Origin: a virus
Lineage: Duplodnaviria; Caudoviricetes
IMG/VR virus record: IMGVR_UViG_3300044981_000245
Span: 1-63,253 of that record
Reading direction: 5' to 3' (one strand)
DNA length: 63,253 nucleotides
Position 1 is the first letter of the stretch; each line of letters begins with the position of its first letter. A program made the translations under genes and the position numbers. This document shows, one piece after another, positions 55,534 through 63,253 of the stretch. The notes below the pieces were generated by a model. That model did not search any database, was not told where the DNA came from, and was given only the letters and a program-made list of their open reading frames with translations.

Positions 55534-56051
55534 TTGATGAACCCCGTGATGTGTCCAAGTGGTAGCTCAAGCTCGCGTCCGTTTGTGAAGTGCACAACCT
55601 CAACCTCGCGTGGACGCTCGAGTGGGTCAAAGCGGTGGATGCGCCCCGTACACTCGTCAGCCATGTAGCCGATGATGTGAAAGCCCTCGTTGACCAATGC
55701 GTCCGCCGGCGAGAAATACTCAGCCAACCGGTGGTTGCGTGGGTCACAGATATGGACGTGCCGATCGGCCACCACCTTAAGCCCAAAGGGCGGCTTGATG
55801 GTCCATAGCTCCAGCACGGTTACACCGAAGGGCTTGTTGTCCGTGGCTGGGGGCGTATAGGTGTAGAGCTGTGATATGTCATCCTGATAGATGACACCGC
55901 CGCACTCGCGCACGCCGTTGCTGCAACGCGCGTCGGCGATCAGCGCTGCACGTGCCGCTGAGTCCATATCACTGAAGAGTTCGGTACTGCGAGCTTTGTG
56001 GGCCACGCTGCACGCGAACACGATCAGTGCGATTGCCATTACTACAGGCAT
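55530..56051 (-). CDS. Exported JAB/MPN-like (DUF4329-type) protein, paralogue 2
   Basis: aaggag RBS; signal-like N-terminus; RECGG.IY...ADRHVH...FSPAD. Confidence 0.6.
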   Translation of the reverse strand: MPVVMAIALIVFACSVAHKARSTELFSDMDSAARAALIADARCSNGVRECGGVIYQDDISQLYTYTPPATDNKPFGVTVLELWTIKPPFGLKVVADRHVHICDPRNHRLAEYFSPADALVNEGFHIIGYMADECTGRIHRFDPLERPREVEVVHFTNGRELELPLGHITGFIK

Positions 56052-56332
56052 GGCTCGTCTCCTTCTGGCGGTGAGGCCTTGCGCTCTGCCGCGATAGTGC
56101 GTGCGATGTATGCTGCTGACTTGCGCTGTGCTGCCGAGCGGTAGGCAGGACCACCGGCGGCCATGATGGCGTTGCGCACCCATTCGCTCGGATTTACTTC
56201 CTGCCTCTCGAGCCAATCAAGCTGCTCCCGCGATACGCAGAACGTTTGAGGCACCAAGCGGTGCTCGGGTCTCATTTTAGTGCGGCCACGAGCACGCCGT
56301 GCCTGAGCTGCGGAACTGTGATCCCATGTCAT
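56042..56332 (-). CDS. Putative ribbon-helix-helix DNA-binding protein
   Basis: QTFCVSREQLDWL...NPSEWVRNAI. Confidence 0.5.
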   Translation of the reverse strand: MTWDHSSAAQARRARGRTKMRPEHRLVPQTFCVSREQLDWLERQEVNPSEWVRNAIMAAGGPAYRSAAQRKSAAYIARTIAAERKASPPEGDEPCL

Positions 56333-56334
56333 TT

Positions 56335-57069
56335 TTAGTAGTCCTTTGCTTCCTGCTCGGTGATGAAGAAGTGAATGCCGTGTGAGCACTCGACGCGCGG
56401 ATCTGGGTCGTACTTGTCGGGATAGATCCAACCGGGGGCGTACGCAAAACATTTGTGCCTTGCGTCGCCCGTGCCGGAGACCACCAAGGCGTACTCTGCA
56501 CGGCACTTGCGCGAACCGTGGGCGTTGACACGCTTAGCACTCGCGGGAATGCGCAGCACCGCAATGCTGCCATCCGCCAGTTTCTTATACCCCACTATGT
56601 CCCCCTCAGGCAGGATACATTGCTGTTCCAGCCCTTTTGTGTCTGTAAGGTTGGCCTCGCACAGGTTGGCCCCGCACAGGTCGGCCCCGCGCAGGTGGGC
56701 CTCGCTCAGGTTGGCCTCGCTCAGGTGGGCCCCGCGCAGGTTGGCCCCGCGCAGGTCGGCCTCGCGCAGGTTGGCCCTGTGCAGGTTGGCCTCGCACAGG
56801 TCGGCCCCGCGCAGGTTGGCCCCGCTCAGGTTGGCCTCGCTCAGGTTGGCCTCGCTCAGGTTGGCCCTGCTCAGGTTGGCCCCGCACAGGTCGGCCCTGC
56901 TCAGGTTGGCCCCGCACAGGTCGGCCCCGCGCAGGTGGGCCTCGCACAGGTCGGCCCCGCGCAGGTCGGCCCCGCGCAGGTCGGCCCCGCTCAGGTCGGC
57001 CTCGCTCAGGTTGGCGAACGGTTTTAATTCAATCTCTCGCTGCGTGCCGTCGATGAATTTAATCAGCAT
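56335..57069 (-). CDS. Pentapeptide-repeat protein with C-terminal DUF5758-like domain
   Basis: About 24 A(D/N/H)L(S/R/C)(E/G/R) repeats; RKCRA and ECSHGIHFF motifs. Confidence 0.9.
   Translation of the reverse strand: MLIKFIDGTQREIELKPFANLSEADLSGADLRGADLRGADLCEAHLRGADLCGANLSRADLCGANLSRANLSEANLSEANLSGANLRGADLCEANLHRANLREADLRGANLRGAHLSEANLSEAHLRGADLCGANLCEANLTDTKGLEQQCILPEGDIVGYKKLADGSIAVLRIPASAKRVNAHGSRKCRAEYALVVSGTGDARHKCFAYAPGWIYPDKYDPDPRVECSHGIHFFITEQEAKDY
56648..57015. repeat. 15-bp tandem repeat encoding pentapeptides
   Basis: Units like caggttggcctcgct / caggtcggccccgcg. Confidence 0.95.
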
Positions 57070-57154
57070 TTGGAAATTCTCCTGAAAATAGAAATTAAAT
57101 CGTTAAGCCTCTGAAACAGGGGGTACCAGCGCTTTTGAAGAAGAATGTGCATAC

Positions 57155-57183
57155 CCTCTAACTTTATAGAGGTCATCTTCTAA
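57155..57183. repeat. Left arm of 29-bp imperfect inverted repeat
   Basis: Reverse complement matches 57606-57634 at 25/29. Confidence 0.85.
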
Positions 57184-57188
57184 GTTAA

Positions 57189-57524
57189 CTAATCCCAATG
57201 GGCCCGTTTGTTGTGTCGCGCGGTTTTAGCCTCTTTGCGCGCCACCTGCCGCTGCCACGCCTCAACGCGCTTCTGGTATTGCGCCTCGTAACCCGCCGTG
57301 GCTGCCTTCAATACCGCAGGGTCAACCAGATCGAACAGGCGTTGAATGCCCACAGACAGACTCCGGGTGACCACAGGCGGCGCCTCCTTGCCGTCGTTGT
57401 CGAGTTTCAAGTTGCGCGCGTCCCAACGCTTGGGGGACGTCGTGCCTAAATCAAACAGCGCCATCAACACGTCATAACGAATGCGAACAGTCGCCATCTC
57501 GCCTATTCTCGGTCTACCAGCCAT
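57189..57524 (-). CDS. Putative DNA-binding protein enclosed by inverted repeats
   Basis: aaggag RBS; MAGRPRIG...TVRIR N-terminus; basic. Confidence 0.6.
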   Translation of the reverse strand: MAGRPRIGEMATVRIRYDVLMALFDLGTTSPKRWDARNLKLDNDGKEAPPVVTRSLSVGIQRLFDLVDPAVLKAATAGYEAQYQKRVEAWQRQVARKEAKTARHNKRAHWD

Positions 57525-57605
57525 GCGGTCGAGTCTCCTTGCGTTTAAGTGGGCTAGAATCCACAGAAGGCATAGTCTCTATACTTATTATAGATCATAT
57601 TATAA

Positions 57606-57634
57606 TTATAAGATGACCTCTTTAAAGATATAGG
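57606..57634. repeat. Right arm of 29-bp imperfect inverted repeat
   Basis: ttataagatgacctctttaaagatatagg in an AT-rich tract. Confidence 0.85.
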
Positions 57635-57692
57635 AAGTGCCTCTTTTGGATTGAAGCCATCTTAAACACAAACAGGGTCTGGATTCAAGGGG

Positions 57693-57777
57693 CCGGCGCC
57701 CAAACAAATAAGACGGTCATCCTGGCCATTAATCAACAATGGCCCGGCGCCCAAACAAATAAGACGGTCATCCTGGC
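57693..57777. repeat. Two perfect 34-bp direct repeats, period 51
   Basis: ccggcgcccaaacaaataagacggtcatcctggc at 57693 and 57744. Confidence 0.95.
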
Positions 57778-58096
57778 GCAGACGCCACGGTTGGTACCTG
57801 AGGGTAAAGATGCGCCGGCGGATTATCGGCAGGCACATGCCCAGCGCTCTACGCGGCTCAAGGCGGGGCGATCGGAGCACCAGCGGCGTCACGGCCCCGC
57901 CCCCATCAATGCCAGCGCCAAGGCCATTAGAATGGCAGAGCCGTAGAGCAAGGCGGCAAGTTTGACGCGCTCAAATGTCCGGACAGTGGGCGGGGCGAAT
58001 ATCATCGACGCCCCGGCTCGCGAAAATAAGTCGGGTGCTGCTCTTTAGGCCAGTAATCGCGCCCAAGCAATTGATTAATTAAACGAGTGAAGGCTT

Positions 58097-59179
58097 TCAT
58101 GGTGTCTCCGTTAATTGCCAAATGTCGTTTACTTCAATACCTGCGTCCGTCGTGCCGTCAGTGAACCAGAGGGCATTATTGAGCGCAAAGGCGCTGGCGG
58201 CATGGCGTGCCAGCCACGGCGTGCTAGGGAGCTGCTGCCATGTCTCGCCGTCGGCGCTGTGCCAGACTTCATTTGAATAGCCGCCACCGTCGGCGCCCAT
58301 GCCAGCGAGAACCCACAATTGGTTACGATACACCAGCACATTGTGGTACCGCTTGCCAGACCACGCAGGGACAGCGTGCTGCGTCCACGTGATACCGTCG
58401 GCGGTAGACCAAACGTTGTTTGTGGCGACTCCTGCGGTGCCCAGGGAGTCATCTCCATACTGCCCGCCACCCACCACCCACAATTCGCCATTAAAGACCA
58501 CGCTGCCGCAGATCATGCCGAGGGCGGAGGGCATGTTGCCTATTTTGCTCCAATGCGTGCCGTCCGCGGACCGCCACACGTCCGAGTAATAGGTCGGCGT
58601 TGTGGGGTAGGGCACGGGTGCAGGTGTAATCGACTCGGGGAGCTGCTGGCCGCCCATGACGTACACAGCGCCATTGAAAGCAACAGCGTAATGCAACACG
58701 CGGTCACCCCACGGTAGGTCGCTGGCCTCTTGCGTCCAATTGATGCCGTCGGGCGAGCTCCAGGCATCGTGCATGTAATGCCCGTGATTAGAGTCACCAC
58801 CGAACACCCAAAGCTTGCCGTTGAAGGCGACCCATCCCGCCATATGGCGGCCCGTCCAAGGCGCAACCGTTAGCAGCGTCCAATTAACGCCGTCAGTGCT
58901 GCGCCACACCTCACTAGTAGTGCAGCACCCCCAATCGCCAGTCTCAGGAAAGTTCGGTGTGCTCTCAGCCTCATTGACGGTACGCCATCCGCCTAGCATA
59001 TAGGCAGCGCCATTGAGCACGACAATGCCCGCGCCATCACGGCCCGCGTATGCAGCGTGATCCGTTGCAAGTGTCCAAGTGTAGGATGGTGGCGTCGGCG
59101 GTGCTGACGGCGCGCTACTGCTACCGCCACCGCACGCACACAACGCAAGCGCTACTGCTGTCGGGATTAGTTGGCGCAC
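58097..59179 (-). CDS. Kelch-repeat beta-propeller lipoprotein
   Basis: gaggag RBS; ALCAC-GGG lipobox-like; repeated FNG.LWV.GG...VW.S.DG..W blades. Confidence 0.85.
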   Translation of the reverse strand: MRQLIPTAVALALCACGGGSSSAPSAPPTPPSYTWTLATDHAAYAGRDGAGIVVLNGAAYMLGGWRTVNEAESTPNFPETGDWGCCTTSEVWRSTDGVNWTLLTVAPWTGRHMAGWVAFNGKLWVFGGDSNHGHYMHDAWSSPDGINWTQEASDLPWGDRVLHYAVAFNGAVYVMGGQQLPESITPAPVPYPTTPTYYSDVWRSADGTHWSKIGNMPSALGMICGSVVFNGELWVVGGGQYGDDSLGTAGVATNNVWSTADGITWTQHAVPAWSGKRYHNVLVYRNQLWVLAGMGADGGGYSNEVWHSADGETWQQLPSTPWLARHAASAFALNNALWFTDGTTDAGIEVNDIWQLTETP

Positions 59180-59407
59180 TAGCAACGCTCCTCGCGATAC
59201 CAAAGCACCAACGTCAGCGCGGCAACGCCGACCCATATCAGCAAGTCAATTAGGAAAATCACTCCATATCTCCTGGCCGCGTCGGCGGTTCATCGTATGA
59301 GGCACCTAGGCGCCAAAGCGCGAGCGGTATGCATATGGTTACCAACACGCTAATCGCCAGCCACCAAAGTGCGAAGTGAAACAGAAACACGAGAATGCTT
59401 GCCATTT

Positions 59408-59695
59408 TCATATGCTCCCGTGGCGCACGGTGCGCCGCTTTGCGATGACGATTCGGCAGTCGATATAGACGCTGCGCAGTTCCGATAACAAGTCCGCGTA
59501 CTCTGAAGGCTTCGCGGGCCGTGTGCGATAGAACCAGGCATTGCGGTAGTCGCTATGCTGTCCAACGTGCGCGTAGCACACGCCGTCGCAGTTTCTAGCG
59601 GGCGCAATGTCGACATCATCAAACACCGCGGTCACGTTCGCGGGGTCTGACGGCCCCCCAATGCGAAACAGAACACGGACGATCGGTTTGGCCAT
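59408..59695 (-). CDS. Early hypothetical protein
   Basis: CYAHVGQHS...EY..L..EL pattern; RBS. Confidence 0.65.
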   Translation of the reverse strand: MAKPIVRVLFRIGGPSDPANVTAVFDDVDIAPARNCDGVCYAHVGQHSDYRNAWFYRTRPAKPSEYADLLSELRSVYIDCRIVIAKRRTVRHGSI

Positions 59696-59702
59696 GTGTG
59701 CT

Positions 59703-59993
59703 CTACTCCTCGTTTTCGCGGATATCGCCGCACGCTAACCAAAGGATACGAGACAAGTTAGCGTCGTGGTCCGCGCGCTCAGTCTCGTCCCACGCGCCCC
59801 ATTCTTTTAACTCCGCGCTCAATAGCGCCGGATCTAGCGCTGCTAGTTGTTCAGCGATATAGGGCACGGTGCGCAGATCCGCTATATCAGCATCGCACGG
59901 TCCTGAATGCGAACCGTCGAGTGCATCATCCAATGAAAGCCGGATTTCAATGCGACCGCTACCGGTAGAAAACCAACGCTCAAAAGGAATCAT
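59703..59993 (-). CDS. Early hypothetical protein
   Basis: HSGPCD.D...ELKE.GAWD...N..R.LW.AC. Confidence 0.65.
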   Translation of the reverse strand: MIPFERWFSTGSGRIEIRLSLDDALDGSHSGPCDADIADLRTVPYIAEQLAALDPALLSAELKEWGAWDETERADHDANLSRILWLACGDIRENEE

Positions 59994-60178
59994 GTGTGCT
60001 TACCCCACGTTGCGAGCGCGTTTGGTGCGCTCAGGACCCCAAACATCCGCGGCGTGTTGCTGCGCGGACTGCTTAGGCTCAGTGAACCACGTCTCCTCTA
60101 TACGCTCGAACGGGATTAGGTCCTTTTCGAGGCGTTGCCGGAGTTTCTCGGCATCATCGTAATACCACGGTTTCACGG

Positions 60179-60598
60179 TTAGTAAACTCCTATGCCGATT
60201 GATGAGTAACACGACGATATAGAGACGGTGCGCTCTTGAACGCGTGCCGCAAACCGGTCTAAGTCCTCGTGCAGGTATATGTAGAGCGCACAGCCGCGCG
60301 GGTCGCCTTGCTCGTACGCGCCGAGCTTGGGATAGCGCGCCATGATCGCGGCCAATCTCTTCTGCGCGCCGCGCTCTTTGTCTGCGGTAGGGAAACGATT
60401 GATCGGCCCCGGCCCATCTATGTTATAGACCGCATATACCTTGCCGGTATCTTCGTCGCGCTCTACTTCACCGTTGCACTCGCGCTCGTTCCAACGCCGC
60501 AGCGCCAGCGATATGCGCCGCAGTGCGGTCGCATCCTCGTAGCTAATGCCCGCGCGCTCAAGCGAGCGCAAAACGTTGTACGTGTCTCGGTTGCTCAT
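60179..60598 (-). CDS. Early hypothetical protein
   Basis: L.RW.E.ECNG...QGDPRG..LY; gagg RBS. Confidence 0.7.
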   Translation of the reverse strand: MSNRDTYNVLRSLERAGISYEDATALRRISLALRRWNERECNGEVERDEDTGKVYAVYNIDGPGPINRFPTADKERGAQKRLAAIMARYPKLGAYEQGDPRGCALYIYLHEDLDRFAARVQERTVSISSCYSSIGIGVY

Positions 60599-60795
60599 TT
60601 TTGCACCTCGTCCCACTGTGAATTAGCGTGCTCGAGCGCAGCACGCGCGTGTGTTGCCTGCCACCCCCGGCGAGCGGCGTCACAGAATTCAATCCAACGC
60701 AAGCCGTCGTGCTTACAGCCGCAATTGATGTTGCCATCTTCCCTGGCAGCCCCGTCGTGCGGCCCGCTGCCAGCGTCGTTATATCGTGCGCTCAT
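60595..60795 (-). CDS. Early hypothetical protein
   Basis: aggag RBS; first gene of minus arm. Confidence 0.55.
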   Translation of the reverse strand: MSARYNDAGSGPHDGAAREDGNINCGCKHDGLRWIEFCDAARRGWQATHARAALEHANSQWDEVQK

Positions 60796-60832
60796 TGATG
60801 CAACTCCTGATTGCATTAACTAACTAAGGGCA

Positions 60833-60863
60833 CGTTATACTCCCGTTACTGCGAAGCAAGCTA
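60833..60863 (-). promoter_or_regulatory. Putative early promoter
   Basis: TATAAC -10 upstream of first minus-arm gene; weak -35. Confidence 0.4.
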
Positions 60864-61348
60864 GAGGCAGATCACACTTTTATCATTAAGTTTTCGTAAT
60901 ATTCAGGGTGGCGGGAGCCGCGCAAGGCATTGTCCGACAATAGATTGTCTCATTAGTGAGTTAATCGACAGTGTGTCGGCGATTGTTTCACCTGTGCGCC
61001 GTTCTTTGGACCACCCGACGACGCCGCCCCTCTTCTAATTACGCGTAGCACGTGCGCGAGCTGTCCAGTATGACCATCCAACCGTCCTACCGACCCACGC
61101 CAGGGCCGCCGGTATTACGGTGTAACGCGTCATACAGGCATGCACTAGGGAGGTATGGAAGCATGCTTTCAGTAACCCCCATGAGCCTTCCGGTTTGCTT
61201 GGTCGCTGCCTCGTTTGGAGGGTTTAGGCCGCGCGCCCCGCGCCCTACTCACAACTGACGGACATGCAAATGGCTCGCGCGTAACGAGTTGAAAATTTTA
61301 TAATTTTGGGCTTGCGCGCGCGTCAGGAAGCCGGGTAATATTCGCGTC

Positions 61349-61765
61349 ATGCGACGAAATCCAGAAGACGACAGGCGATATCAAAAACGGTGGCGCACCG
61401 CTCATCCCGAGTCGGTACGCGGTTGGTTAAAACGCTGGCGTCGGCGCCGCGGTGTCATGACTCAACTGCGCTTGCCACTGACAATTTTGCCGTACCGACC
61501 AAGAAGGCCCAAGGACCGGCGTAAACGGACGCCCGACGAGGTAAGGCCGAAACGAGCACGATACCGGGCCCGCAAGCTCAGTGCCGTGTGCTCCTGCTGC
61601 TCCCAGGCGGACTTCAAACTCGTTTACCAGAAGGCCCGCGCCCTCGGCCACGAGGTAGACCACGTCATCCCGCTATGCAAAGGGGGCTTGCACTGCTGCA
61701 AGAATCTTCAGATCTTGTCACCCGCAGAGCACCGCAAGAAGACACGAAGCGATTTAACTCGCTAA
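61349..61765 (+). CDS. HNH endonuclease (paralogue of 6399-6860)
   Basis: EVDHVIPLCKGGLHCCKNLQIL. Confidence 0.88.
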   Translation: MRRNPEDDRRYQKRWRTAHPESVRGWLKRWRRRRGVMTQLRLPLTILPYRPRRPKDRRKRTPDEVRPKRARYRARKLSAVCSCCSQADFKLVYQKARALGHEVDHVIPLCKGGLHCCKNLQILSPAEHRKKTRSDLTR

Positions 61766-61803
61766 AATTTTCCCCGCGCACGCGTCACGGGGCCTCGGCC
61801 AAC

Positions 61804-61832
61804 TTTACAATAATCCCGCGTTCTGCTATACA
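61804..61832 (+). promoter_or_regulatory. Promoter of structural arm, TTTACA-ATAA-N13-TATACA
   Basis: Near-consensus hexamers, 17-nt spacer, at head of plus-strand operon. Confidence 0.65.
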
Positions 61833-61954
61833 GACGGGCGGCCCACGTTCCCACGTTGTTGGGACTCCTGGCGTGGTTTAGCCGTAGGCGGCGCCGGCGG
61901 CGTGGTGCAACGCCAGCAGCTGTCGGCGCTGCCGACTAAGGACGGAGGGCATGC

Positions 61955-62545
61955 ATGCTGATCTGGAATTTTAATAACCAAGGCCCGTACACGCCCCCCG
62001 GGAACGTTTACGAGGTGGCTCTCGGCACCGCGGTAACCTTCAGCGCTGGCCCCGCGGTAAGCTACTCTGGTCTCGCCCTCAATAACCCCGCAACACCCGC
62101 CGGCAAGACGCCGGTCAAGCTCGTGCCCCTTAGGGTGGCGCTTGAGCCTACCGGGGTGGCGGGCGTCGCCGCGGCATCGCCGTGGGGACTGCTTAAATTC
62201 ACAGCCTGCGGAACGGCATCGGTCGCCAACCTATCGGGCTTTCCGGGGGTCATCCTGTCGCCCGGCGCGATCGGGACCCAGACCGGAGTGGCCGTCGTAT
62301 GCGGCACCTTCTCCGTTATAAACGGGACGGCAGCCGGCACCGGCAGCAATACGCTTTACTGGCAGGAGCTCTGTGGCGTCCTCATCGGGACCAGCACGCA
62401 GCTCACCGTGGGCAGTCCCGCGGTCGACCTGCAGGGCTTCACCAGCGTCATGCCGGGCGAGACTCTCGCTATCGGCTGCAACAGCGCCGTAACGGGGCTT
62501 GCCGCCATCACTTGGGTCGAGATACCCCTAAATTCAGGAGCCTAA
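61955..62545 (+). CDS. Gly/Thr-rich putative virion protein
   Basis: ggagg RBS; beta-rich; ends ITWVEIP. Confidence 0.65.
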   Translation: MLIWNFNNQGPYTPPGNVYEVALGTAVTFSAGPAVSYSGLALNNPATPAGKTPVKLVPLRVALEPTGVAGVAAASPWGLLKFTACGTASVANLSGFPGVILSPGAIGTQTGVAVVCGTFSVINGTAAGTGSNTLYWQELCGVLIGTSTQLTVGSPAVDLQGFTSVMPGETLAIGCNSAVTGLAAITWVEIPLNSGA

Positions 62546-62548
62546 GGC

Positions 62549-63253
62549 ATGTCACTCGACAACATAACCGACGCAGCCGGCACTCAATGGGGCTGTAGCT
62601 CGGACCTGCTGATCGCCGGCAGTGTGGTGCAGATGGATCCGGCCGGCAGTCGCATGGTCCTTTTCCCCAACGCAATCGCGACCCAGACCTTCACGGCCAA
62701 TGGCACGTACACGGTGGCGGCGGTCAACGGGCGTCTGCCAAACTCCATCACGGTCATCATGGTCGGCGGCGGCGGCGGCGGTGGCGGCGGCATGTCCGTC
62801 GCGGCAGCCACCACGGCCATGGGCGGCGCGGCCGGCGCCGGCGGCGAGTACCTGCAGTTTCAGCTTACGGCGGCCCAGATAGGGGCCGGGACATTCATTT
62901 CGGTCACCTTGGGTACCGGCGGCACAGGAGGCGGCAGCGTCACCAACGGCACGGGAACAAACGGGGGACAGGGCGGCATCACGGCCTTCGGGACGTGGGG
63001 CACGGCTTACGGCGGCGGTGGCGGCCAAGGCGGATGCAGCGGCGCGGGGACAACCACCAGCGGCGCGGGCGCAGGACTCTACGCCAGCGGTGCCACGGCG
63101 AGCACGGTCGCCCCAACCGGGGGCGTCGCGGGTGTCACGGGAGCTGCAGGCAACTCAGCAGTCAATCAAAACGCGGGCGGCGGCGGCGCGGCCAGCATCT
63201 CGGCAGCGGTCGGCGGCGCGGGCGGTAACTCAGTATTGGGTGGCGCGGGCGGC
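62549..63253 (+). CDS. N-terminal part of Gly-rich virion/fibre protein (continues to 442 across junction)
   Basis: MSLDNITDAAG...TQTFTANGTYT...MVGGGGGGGGG...GGAAGAGGEY; open to the window end. Confidence 0.8.
   Translation, partial: MSLDNITDAAGTQWGCSSDLLIAGSVVQMDPAGSRMVLFPNAIATQTFTANGTYTVAAVNGRLPNSITVIMVGGGGGGGGGMSVAAATTAMGGAAGAGGEYLQFQLTAAQIGAGTFISVTLGTGGTGGGSVTNGTGTNGGQGGITAFGTWGTAYGGGGGQGGCSGAGTTTSGAGAGLYASGATASTVAPTGGVAGVTGAAGNSAVNQNAGGGGAASISAAVGGAGGNSVLGGAGG
63127..63253. repeat. Terminal overlap identical to 1-127
   Basis: Exact match to window start. Confidence 0.95.

Noticed and set aside
56453-57085. Repetitive alternative-frame ORFs (AQVGP, RLASL repeats)
   Set aside because: By-products of the 15-bp pentapeptide array
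57693-57777. Mini-CRISPR array
   Set aside because: Only two repeats, a 17-nt palindromic spacer and no cas genes
1-63253. Lysogeny module or alternative genetic code
   Set aside because: No integrase or CI/Cro pair recognised; core genes are intact in the standard code and all three stop codons are used

Overview
This window is an apparently complete circular genome of a tailed dsDNA phage. Bases 1-127 equal 63127-63253, so the unique length is 63,126 bp. No tape-measure gene is visible, and the adaptor/nozzle-like genes and large internal-virion proteins suggest a podovirus-like particle. The + strand arm (61955 through the junction to 32771) carries Gly/Thr-rich fibre or decoration genes, TerS, TerL, portal, scaffold, major capsid, tail, ejection proteins (including a 1823-aa polyvalent protein) and lysis genes. 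The - strand arm (60795 down to 32752) carries early genes, nested spanins (so a Gram-negative host), a primase-helicase, exonucleases, an SSB, a family-A polymerase, VRR-NUC and a SNF2 helicase. No integrase, tRNA or CRISPR array was recognised. The most notable feature is a set of genes for a methylated deoxy-sugar glycan: NDP-glucose 4,6-dehydratase, sugar C-methyltransferase, TylF/NovP-type O-methyltransferase, a second SAM methyltransferase, a cupin, and GT2 and GT9 glycosyltransferases. Inside this cluster sits a Gly-Thr-rich virion-like gene whose promoter has the same architecture as that of the structural operon, which suggests a virion glycosylation system (inference). Other highlights are two paralogous exported JAB/DUF4329-like proteins, a gene enclosed by inverted repeats in an origin-like AT-rich region, and several structured RNA leaders. 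All annotations come from motif recognition by eye; no searches were run.
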